The notes beneath the pieces were generated by a model, which saw nothing but the letters and a program-made list of their open reading frames with translations, did no database searches and was not told where the DNA came from. Position numbers and translations under genes: made by a program. This document shows positions 7,095 to 14,231 of a stretch of DNA of 37,729 nt, piece after piece. This DNA is from an uncultured Staphylococcaceae bacterium (GTDB lineage: Bacteria; Bacillota_I; Bacilli_A; RFN20; CAG-826), in NCBI GenBank assembly GCA_964392865.1, contig CAYMRJ010000004.1:1-37729 (forward strand). Reading direction: 5' to 3'. Each line of letters opens with the position of its first letter. The first letter of the stretch is position 1.

Positions 7095-7120
7095 TGGGGC
7101 CCCTCTTTCTTTCGTTGAAA

Positions 7121-7147
7121 ATTCTAGGCCCCCCCCGGAGAAATCAA
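7121..7147 (-). promoter_or_regulatory. Candidate promoter of the restriction gene with a G8 tract in the spacer
   Basis: The minus strand reads TTGATT(7147-7142), then tctccGGGGGGGGcc (15 nt), then TAGAAT(7126-7121). This lies about 27 nt upstream of the ATG at 7094, and a GAAAGAGGGG RBS lies in between. The G8 tract is C8 on + at 7129-7136. Confidence 0.45.
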
Positions 7148-7234
7148 GGGCGCCATTCCGGGCGCCGAATGTCCCGAATGGCTCAAATGAGGGCTAATTT
7201 CGAAAGAACGTTTTCATCCGATTGCAGCGGGGCG

Positions 7235-7442
7235 TTTCCAACTTTTGACGCTTTTTGTTTCCAATTTTTGACGCTTTTTGTTTCCAACTTTTGACGGATT
7301 CCGTTTCCAGTTTTTGATGGATTCCGTTTCCAAGATTTGGAGTATTTCATTTCCAAGATTTGGAGTATTTTGGTTCCAAAATTTGGAGCATTTCGTTTCC
7401 AAGATTTGGAGTTTTTTGCTTCCAAGATTTGGAGTGTTTTCT
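7235..7442. repeat. Intergenic tandem array, 9 units of 22-24 bp (period 23)
   Basis: Units 1-4 (7235-7326) read tttccaayttttgayg(c/g).... Units 5-9 (7327-7442) read tttccaagatttggagt....., each with the palindrome TCCAA-gat-TTGGA. Degenerate copies continue to about 7490. Confidence 0.9.
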
Positions 7443-7510
7443 TTCGGTTCTTGGGCCTTGTGCCTTCCGGCTTCTTTGGAATCCAGTGCCAGATTGCGGG
7501 GATTCCACCG

Positions 7511-7536
7511 AAGAAAAGGCTGCACTTAGCAGCCTT
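7511..7536 (-). terminator. Rho-independent terminator of gene 7559-8221
   Basis: The minus strand reads aaggctgc-taagt-gcagcctt followed by ttcttc. Confidence 0.6.
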
Positions 7537-7558
7537 ATCCATTCTTTAAGAAACGCCC

Positions 7559-8221
7559 TTACGAAAGTGGATCGCCTTCTCCGTCTTCTCCAACTCCGGG
7601 AGGGTTTCCGTAGAGGCCTTCGATCTTCTTATCGTAGAAGTAGCCCTGCCCCTTTTGGGCCTGGGCTCTTTTATAGGCGATCGAATTGCGCCCCAAGACC
7701 CGGTAGAAGGAATAGTAGAGATAGATCACCGAAATGAAGAACCAAGGGACATAGATCCCGAGGAAATACCAAGGGACGATATGGACCGTGAAGTAGTTCC
7801 CGTAATCGGTGAAGGTCGTCGTGAAATTCGCGGCGATCGAAAAGGCGATGGCCATTAGCAAGATGGGAAGCAGGAACAAGGCCGGGTAATAGGGTTTCCG
7901 GAAGACCCGGTATTTCCTTTCTAGGAAAATGACCCTCATAAAGCAGATTGCCCCGATGGCGTAATAAAGAAGGATCATGCAGAAGAAAGTAATGGCGAAG
8001 GCATTGGAAAAGTTATAGCCGACGAAGGTCATGAAGCCTCCGGCCCCGAACCAAAACATGAAGCAGGCGATGGTATGGCCCGCAAGCCTACCGGGAACCT
8101 TCGGATTCTCGACGGCGATGGCTTTGAGCTTCTCCTCGTCGATGATCCTTTCTTCGAATTTCCTCTTCTCTTTCTTCCCTTCCATTTCAGGCACGTTACC
8201 AAAAAGCGAGGAACGGTTCAC
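7559..8221 (-). CDS. Multi-pass membrane protein of unknown function
   Basis: A charged N-terminus (EGKKEKRKFEER) is followed by about 4 aromatic-rich hydrophobic helices. The start is uncertain: GTG at 8221 or ATG at 8185, and neither has a clear RBS. Confidence 0.55.
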   Translation of the reverse strand: MNRSSLFGNVPEMEGKKEKRKFEERIIDEEKLKAIAVENPKVPGRLAGHTIACFMFWFGAGGFMTFVGYNFSNAFAITFFCMILLYYAIGAICFMRVIFLERKYRVFRKPYYPALFLLPILLMAIAFSIAANFTTTFTDYGNYFTVHIVPWYFLGIYVPWFFISVIYLYYSFYRVLGRNSIAYKRAQAQKGQGYFYDKKIEGLYGNPPGVGEDGEGDPLS

Positions 8222-8225
8222 TAGG

Positions 8226-8258
8226 CAAAGAAAAGCCGCGGCCTAAACCGGCCGCGGC
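8226..8258 (-). terminator. Rho-independent terminator of lipoprotein 8283-10547
   Basis: The minus strand reads gccgcggcc-ggtttag-gccgcggc followed by ttttcttt. Confidence 0.8.
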
Positions 8259-8282
8259 TATCAAAAGGATTTACCCCTATGT

Positions 8283-10547
8283 TTAGGCGGTATAAGCACC
8301 GAAACAGACGTAGAAATAGGAGAACATGCCGGTCGAAGCATAGACCCTGACGGTGTAGGTCTTGCCGTCTACGCTCTTTTCCCAGCCATCGTCCGTCTCG
8401 CTCCAGCCATCCGCCTCGGTAAGGACGGCGGAAGCGGCGGTTTTGACCAGATCGGTCCCGAGCGAACTGCTGACATACATGCCGGAATCGTACTGGAGGG
8501 CGTATTCGTAGTAGCCCTCGGCGGAAAGAACGGTCGAACTCGAGACCTTCCAGCCGTAGGCGGTGTTGAAATAGGGGATGTAGGTATCCAATTCTTGGGT
8601 GGAAACGATGCCATCGTAGGAGCTTGTATCGAAGTCGGAGAGAAGAGTTCCCCAGCTTCCGTCAATGACATAGAAGTAAACCCGCAGGTACATGCCGCTC
8701 ACTTCAAGCCTCATGCCGTATTTGCCATCGGTGCTAAGGAAATTGCGGTAAGCGTCAGAGGCGGAAGTCCCGTTTTCGACGAAGCCGCTTTCCAAGATGG
8801 TTTCGGCATATTCGGCCGCGAAGCTGGTAGCGGTAGCGTTGCCGGGCATCACGTAGTAGCAGATGGAACTTTCGGAAGAAAGCGAGGAATAAAGGGTCCA
8901 GGTATATCCACTTGGATTGTAGAAAGGAACGACATCTTCGAAGGCGACTTGGTCGTCTTCCGCCAAGGCGCCATTGAGGTGTCCGCTCCAGGTCTCGAGG
9001 GTATCCTCATCGAGGATATCGGCCCAAGAAAGCCCAGCTTCGAGATCGTCCTCGTAGCCGTAATCGGTAATGTCGATGGTGGTCGAGTTGATGTCCTTGA
9101 AGGTGACGTTGTAGTTATAAGGCCAATCGCCGATGTTATAGAGGAAGCTGATTTTCGGATTGGCAGTGGTGCCGCTGATGGTCAAAGGATAGGCATCGAC
9201 GTCTCCGCCGCCCCAATCGTAGCTGATGTCGAAGAAGCCATCCGGATAGACGTCTTCGAGAAGCCCGTAGATCGGCAAGAGATACTTGAAGTACTCGGTC
9301 CCGAATTCTTCTTTGAGTTCATAACTGCTGCCGTTCACGTCGAAGAACTGCTGGGCGACGTCATAGTCCGGGGTCACCCCTTCCCCGACGCTTGCGAAGT
9401 AGGCATCGACGGCATTGCCTTCGATAGGTTCGCTCGTCTGGTAGAAGGCATTGCCGGTGCTGCTAAGGCCGTCGAAGGTCACATAGCTATCCCCGACTTG
9501 GAGGGTCCCGCGGTGGGTCGGGCTGCTGGTATAGGTATTCTTGGCATAGACGCCGACCCCATCGACAACCTTGATTTCCCACATGCCCTCGTAGCTGCTA
9601 TAGCTGCTATAGCCAAGATATGCCGTATAGCTCGTGGCGTTCTGGAGGGTTTCGAGGATCTCGCCGACTCCGTCTTGCCCTTCTTCGTCGGGATAGGGTT
9701 CGACGCCCCAATCGAGGCCCTCTTCCAAGGAGGAAGGTTCCACGAAATCGAGATCGATCGAAAGGATGTAGGTGTAGCCCATCATCTCGGCCCAGCCGAC
9801 CGAGAATAGGCTTACGGGAGAAAGATTCTCGTCGAAGACGACATCATAGGACTCATAGGTAACGTAGTAGTCTTCGGAAGGTTCGGTGAGAGCAAAGAGG
9901 ACAGAGAGGCCGTCGCTGACGTCTGAAGCAAAGAGCGAAAGGGTGAGGGTTTCGGCATCCCAAATGACGCTGCTCTCGTCGATATTGGCAAAGGGTTGAT
10001 AGTAGACGTCGCTATAGGCAATGGGGTCCCCGTTTTCGTCGGTCTCGTTCACGTACGTAACGGTGTTGTCCCTTCCGAGGCTCCTGGTGGCCAGATAGCC
10101 GCCGTTATTTTCGTAGACGGCGAGCGGGGCGATGGTTCCGACGGCAGTTCCATCGGATCCTTCGGAAACGCCGTGGTAGAAATACTCGTCGGTATAGATG
10201 CCGGTCATCCCGTAATAGTCAAGGGCGCCCAACTCCGGGAAATTGATCATGGCGATGCCGCTTAGGGCAACGGATCCAAGGCCCTTGAGGGCAGCGATGG
10301 CATCTTCTTCCGAAAAAGAGGTTTCGGGGTCGTCTGAGGAAGACGTCTCGCCAGGGACTTCGTCCGAGGAGGAATCGTCGGGGCTCTCGTCCGAGGAACT
10401 TTCCCCGGAAGAAACGTCATCCGATGCCGTCGATTCGGTGACGCTGCTTTCCTCGCTTCCGGTGGTTGCTGTAGTTCCCGAACAGGAACTAAGGACGAGG
10501 CCGGAAGCAAGCAGGCAGATAGCCAATGCTTTCGTTCTAGATTTCAT
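8283..10547 (-). CDS. Large surface lipoprotein, family B (754 aa)
   Basis: The signal peptide is MKSRTKALAICLLASGLVLSS|CS, followed by an acidic Ser-rich linker. The N-terminal half is paralogous to 12689-14140 (DWG(V/I).PY.DEEGQDGVGEIL..LQ.ATSY; GYLA.RS...DNTV.Y). The C-terminal half carries modules like those of 10850-12571. Confidence 0.85.
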   Translation of the reverse strand: MKSRTKALAICLLASGLVLSSCSGTTATTGSEESSVTESTASDDVSSGESSSDESPDDSSSDEVPGETSSSDDPETSFSEEDAIAALKGLGSVALSGIAMINFPELGALDYYGMTGIYTDEYFYHGVSEGSDGTAVGTIAPLAVYENNGGYLATRSLGRDNTVTYVNETDENGDPIAYSDVYYQPFANIDESSVIWDAETLTLSLFASDVSDGLSVLFALTEPSEDYYVTYESYDVVFDENLSPVSLFSVGWAEMMGYTYILSIDLDFVEPSSLEEGLDWGVEPYPDEEGQDGVGEILETLQNATSYTAYLGYSSYSSYEGMWEIKVVDGVGVYAKNTYTSSPTHRGTLQVGDSYVTFDGLSSTGNAFYQTSEPIEGNAVDAYFASVGEGVTPDYDVAQQFFDVNGSSYELKEEFGTEYFKYLLPIYGLLEDVYPDGFFDISYDWGGGDVDAYPLTISGTTANPKISFLYNIGDWPYNYNVTFKDINSTTIDITDYGYEDDLEAGLSWADILDEDTLETWSGHLNGALAEDDQVAFEDVVPFYNPSGYTWTLYSSLSSESSICYYVMPGNATATSFAAEYAETILESGFVENGTSASDAYRNFLSTDGKYGMRLEVSGMYLRVYFYVIDGSWGTLLSDFDTSSYDGIVSTQELDTYIPYFNTAYGWKVSSSTVLSAEGYYEYALQYDSGMYVSSSLGTDLVKTAASAVLTEADGWSETDDGWEKSVDGKTYTVRVYASTGMFSYFYVCFGAYTA

Positions 10548-10779
10548 GTCTTTTCCTTTTGTTTCTAAAGTGGCCTCAGAGGCCTTCGCTAAAATAAAGG
10601 CCTTTCGCTAGATTTCAAATCAAAATTGAATGTCAAAGCTTAATTTTTAGGAATTTCAAAAATCAGGTTCTTTCGAAGTAAATGCCTATATTTCAAGAAT
10701 CATTCGACTGGGGCAAGACCAATCATTTCTGCCACAGATACTAATTTAACTCCATTATCAAAAAGGGATTTTTCTTTCG

Positions 10780-10807
10780 TTGAAAAGTTGAAACCCTTAC
10801 TTAGAAT
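10780..10807 (+). promoter_or_regulatory. Sigma70-like promoter for the plus-strand lipoprotein gene
   Basis: It reads TTGAAA(10780-10785), a 16-nt spacer, then TAGAAT(10802-10807). It lies about 43 nt upstream of the ATG at 10850 in an AT-rich divergent intergenic region. Confidence 0.5.
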
Positions 10808-10849
10808 GGTGCGGTTTGGGCGTTGCCCAACATGGAAAATGAATCAAGT

Positions 10850-12571
10850 ATGAAAAGTATCAAGAATATCCTCCTGGCCCTCGCCTTGGCCGTCCCCGTT
10901 CTCTCTTCCTGCGGAGGAACGGACACAGCGAGCGAAGAATCGGATACCGTCATCTCCTCGGATAGCGAGATCTCGGTTTCAACGGATTCCTCGTCCGAAA
11001 GCACCGATGCGTCTACCAGCACCGGAGGCGTAACCGCCGCCACTGGCTGGAGCGAAGCCGATGCCGAGCTGATGGTTTCGATCATCGGCCACGAGATCCC
11101 CTTCTACGATTTCGCTAGCCAAGGCCTGACGTATTCTTTTTCCACTGCCACGGGAAGCGATGGAAGCGACGTCTTGGTTCTGGAAGCCAGATCCTGCAGC
11201 ACGACCGTAAGGGACGAATTCATCGCCGCCCAAATCGACTTCGGCTACGAAGACCAAACCGACTCCTATGCTTCCCTCTACGGAGACGATTGGGTCGAGG
11301 GGACCACGATGCTTTATGCCATGTATAGCGATCTTTGGGCCGTCCAAGCGCAGATCTTTCTCTATAACGTCTTCGGCGGCATCATCTCCGGAGAATCCTC
11401 AACGCGAGGCATCCTTTATGCCTACTTCTTCCCCGTCATGATCCCCTCTTCTACCTGGCCCGGCGAAGAAATGGAAGCCGCCATCCAAGACGCAAATTCG
11501 ATGAATCTCGGCAGCGCCTCTCTCGTGACCCCGAGCGACGAACTGGCGGCGAATAGGAACTACGCCTTCGTCCAGGCCACCGATTCTTACTGGAACTACT
11601 ACGTACTTCTATATGTCACCGGTGACTTCACCGGCTATATCGATGAGCTGGTTTCGGCCGGCTGGAAGATCGTCCCCGATCTAGCCGAAGGGACGACCTA
11701 CCTCTATCAGCCCGGCACTTCCCTCGGCGTCTACGTCTATGACTACGACGAGGAAAACGACATCACCTACCTCCAGTTCGGCAAGAACTACTACCTAATA
11801 GACTGGCCGACCCAAGATATCGACTCCCTTCTCGATACCTATACCGACGATGCGGACCACACCCAGTTCCCCGCTTTCAGCGAATCCGGGGTCTATGAGT
11901 TCTATAGCTATTCAAACGGCCAGTTCGCCATCTACGTCTATAACGTGACCGAGGAGGAATACGAAGCCTATAAGCAGACCCTTCTTAGTGCCGGCTTCAC
12001 CGACGGCGAGTGGTTCTATGGCTCCGGCACCTACGTCGATCCCCTAAGGGAATACATCGTCACCTTGGAATACGGGGTCTACGAAGGCATGGGCTACCTC
12101 GTCATCTCGACCCAGACCGTCCCGACCAACTACCACACCTCCTGGGATAGCGAGATCCAAAGCACGATCGAGGGCTACTTCGCTTCTTACGGGGCCACTG
12201 GCTTCGAGGCCACCCTCCCGCAACCTTCCTTCTCCTTCTACTACGTCGCCGCCAGCGTCGACGAAACCTACGGGACATTGACCCTCAACATCATGGACTA
12301 TGACGAAAGCGGCTCCCTCGTGGCCCACGCTTCGGATTATCTGTCCCAGCTACTCGAAAGCGGCTGGTACTACGTCGAAGGCTCGGAATCCGATAGCACT
12401 TATATGGGCGCCACCGTCTATAGCGATACGGCCACCGATAGCATGGTCTTCTACATCGAAGAGTGGTCCCGCTGGGGCACGACCGTCGTCGTCCAGCCCT
12501 ATAGCGTCACCGGCAATAGCTCTTCTTCCTATAGCGAAACCCCTACAAGCTATCCGGTCCTCGCCATCTGA
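10850..12571 (+). CDS. Surface lipoprotein, family B-related (four ~120-aa modules)
   Basis: The preferred start gives MKSIKNILLALALAVPVLSS|CGG. The track start at 10823 is a TTG, and another ATG lies at 10832. An acidic linker follows. Repeated modules start W(S/P).(E/Q)(A/E/D).. and contain Y...L(L/V)(S/E)(A/S)G(F/W). Confidence 0.8.
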   Translation: MKSIKNILLALALAVPVLSSCGGTDTASEESDTVISSDSEISVSTDSSSESTDASTSTGGVTAATGWSEADAELMVSIIGHEIPFYDFASQGLTYSFSTATGSDGSDVLVLEARSCSTTVRDEFIAAQIDFGYEDQTDSYASLYGDDWVEGTTMLYAMYSDLWAVQAQIFLYNVFGGIISGESSTRGILYAYFFPVMIPSSTWPGEEMEAAIQDANSMNLGSASLVTPSDELAANRNYAFVQATDSYWNYYVLLYVTGDFTGYIDELVSAGWKIVPDLAEGTTYLYQPGTSLGVYVYDYDEENDITYLQFGKNYYLIDWPTQDIDSLLDTYTDDADHTQFPAFSESGVYEFYSYSNGQFAIYVYNVTEEEYEAYKQTLLSAGFTDGEWFYGSGTYVDPLREYIVTLEYGVYEGMGYLVISTQTVPTNYHTSWDSEIQSTIEGYFASYGATGFEATLPQPSFSFYYVAASVDETYGTLTLNIMDYDESGSLVAHASDYLSQLLESGWYYVEGSESDSTYMGATVYSDTATDSMVFYIEEWSRWGTTVVVQPYSVTGNSSSSYSETPTSYPVLAI

Positions 12572-12587
12572 CGCATAAAAAGCAAAA

Positions 12588-12613
12588 GAACCGCGGTTCT
12601 GCCGCGGTTTTCT
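12588..12613. terminator. Bidirectional terminator between convergent lipoprotein genes
   Basis: The stem aaccgcgg(12589-12596)/ccgcggtt(12602-12609) is followed by ttttct on the + strand and by ttcttttgcttttt on the - strand. Confidence 0.8.
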
Positions 12614-12688
12614 ATTGATTGGGCGATTATTGCGAGGTTTATCCAAACCCGGTTTTGCGGGGAACTTATTCAAGATTGCCTTCCGGCC

Positions 12689-14140
12689 TTAGGCCTCGCT
12701 AGGAAGGGAAACGCTCAATTCCGTTTCGTTCAAGGCACTGAATTGAGCGGTCAAGGAGAAATACGAATCCGAAGTTCCGTATAGGAAGGCCATCTTCGGA
12801 TTTTCGACCGTGCCGGCGATGGCCAAATCCCCGTTGCCCATTGGCTTGTAATCGCAGAAATCGTGATCGACGCTAAGAAAAAGGTAATCCAGATAGAATC
12901 GGCATAACGGGACGAGCCATTTATGGAATTCGGTACCGAATTCAACTTTCGTCACATAGGCTCTTTCGGGCGCCAATAAGCTATCGTCGTCAACCACATC
13001 GAAGAATTGCTGGGCCACGCCGAAGTCGGGGGTGACGCCGGCGCCATAGGTTTCGAAATAGATGTCCACCGCATCCCCCTCGATCGGATCGCTGTAGACG
13101 AGGCTGTCGTCGGAAGGATCGCTCATGAAAGGGACGCAGTAATCCCCGTCTTGGAGGAAGCCCAAGCAGGCATAGGGCGTTTGCTGAACAGAGTCGCGGA
13201 CCACGACCCCTTTCCCGTAAACGACTTCCATCGTGTAATTGGCTCCTTCGTAGGAAACGGAATAGCTGGTCGCTTCCTGGAGGGCCTTGAGGATCTCCCC
13301 GACCCCGTCTTGCCCTTCTTCGTCTCCGTAAGGCTTTATGCCCCAGTCGATCGTTTCTAAGACGCTGCTTTCCTCGATGAAAATTCCGACATAGGCGAGT
13401 TCTTCGCCGCTAGCCGCGATGGAGAGGGGGACGTAACCTTCGCCGAATTCGATGGTTATGGAAGAGACCTCATCCTGCAAAGCTTCCGGCAGGATGAGGT
13501 CGAGCAGGACCTCCATGCCCGCGGCATCGAAGGCAAGGACCGAATCCTCATAGGAGGCATTCTCTTCGCTTAAGGCTTCGAAGGGATTTCCGTAATAGGG
13601 AATCGGTTCGCCTTCTTCGTCGGTCAAGGCCTCATAGGCAACGGTGTTGTCGCGGTTGAGGCCGCTTCTAATCGCCAAATAGCCTTCGTAATTCTCGTAA
13701 AGGGTAGTCGTGGCTTCCGGCTTTGATTCTTCTTCCCCGCTTCCGGGATCGAAATCGAAGTCGACCAGGCCGGAGCCGATGACATCGCTTGCTTGGCCGC
13801 TTTCTTCTCCACCGTCGGGATCTGCTTCTTCGTCCATTTCATCGATGGCGCTTTCAAGGCATTCGGCTCTCTGATAGAAATACCCGGCCGTGTAGGCGGA
13901 GAGAACCGAATAGGTCCCTTCTTCCGTAACGGCAGTCCCTTCGATGGCGACCGAATCCAAGGCCTGGAGGGCTTCGATGGCAATCGTTGCCTCGCTTTCG
14001 ATAAGCGTGGTGTCTGGGCTTTCTTCCGGGGTTTCGCCAATGCTTTCGATGGAGGTTCCGCCGACCGTTCCGCTGCATGCGGAAAGGGAAATTCCGGCGG
14101 CCAAGAGGCCGATGCTCAATACTTGTTTCGTGTTCTTCAT
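12689..14140 (-). CDS. Surface lipoprotein, family B (paralog of the N-terminal half of 8283-10547)
   Basis: The preferred ATG at 14140 gives MKNTKQVLSIGLLAAGISLSA|CSG. The track start at 14161 adds 7 aa. Shared blocks with the 754-aa protein are listed under that feature. Confidence 0.85.
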   Translation of the reverse strand: MKNTKQVLSIGLLAAGISLSACSGTVGGTSIESIGETPEESPDTTLIESEATIAIEALQALDSVAIEGTAVTEEGTYSVLSAYTAGYFYQRAECLESAIDEMDEEADPDGGEESGQASDVIGSGLVDFDFDPGSGEEESKPEATTTLYENYEGYLAIRSGLNRDNTVAYEALTDEEGEPIPYYGNPFEALSEENASYEDSVLAFDAAGMEVLLDLILPEALQDEVSSITIEFGEGYVPLSIAASGEELAYVGIFIEESSVLETIDWGIKPYGDEEGQDGVGEILKALQEATSYSVSYEGANYTMEVVYGKGVVVRDSVQQTPYACLGFLQDGDYCVPFMSDPSDDSLVYSDPIEGDAVDIYFETYGAGVTPDFGVAQQFFDVVDDDSLLAPERAYVTKVEFGTEFHKWLVPLCRFYLDYLFLSVDHDFCDYKPMGNGDLAIAGTVENPKMAFLYGTSDSYFSLTAQFSALNETELSVSLPSEA

Positions 14141-14231
14141 AGATTTCCTGTCTATAGGCAAAATACAGGAAAAGCCGCCGCATTAAAACGATTCGGCGAT
14201 TTCTTTGCCCCTCCGCTAAGGCAAAAGATGA

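Noticed and set aside
7106-7121. An exact 16-nt match, tttctttcgttgaaaa, shared between 7106-7121 and 10771-10786.
   Set aside because: It is real in the sequence. But it is T-rich low complexity, and it plays different roles at the two sites: the complement of the RBS region at one, and a -35 TTGAAA on the other strand at the other. I cannot tell a functional box from chance or a small duplication without genome-wide counts.
7235-7442. Whether the tandem arrays here and at 17.1-17.4 kb and 37.5 kb are CRISPR arrays.
   Set aside because: The units abut head to tail with no unique spacers. The units are 23 bp and degenerate, and no cas genes are present.
7183-7737. ORFs 7183-7542(-), 7214-7525(-), 7278-7529(+), 7337-7549(+) and 7360-7737(+) run across the 23-bp array.
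   Set aside because: They stay open only because the repeat unit lacks stops in several frames. Their translations are periodic nonsense (KSWKRN.., FQDLE..), and a terminator hairpin lies inside them.
8595-9809. A 404-aa plus-strand ORF antisense to lipoprotein 8283-10547. Similar antisense ORFs occur at 14250-15125, 20403-20993, 22990-23619, 24623-25168, 25458-26051, 27378-28820, 30463-31431, 32077-32715 and 35474-36184.
   Set aside because: All lie entirely inside well-supported minus-strand genes (galK, galT, galM, cls, MFS and others) and show only low-complexity translations.
10560-10800. Recurrent ATTTCAA(A/G) motifs at about 10612, 10653 and 10691 in the divergent AT-rich intergenic region.
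   Set aside because: The spacing is irregular (about 38-41 bp) and the motif is short and AT-rich. It could be operator sites, but the support is too weak to report as a feature.
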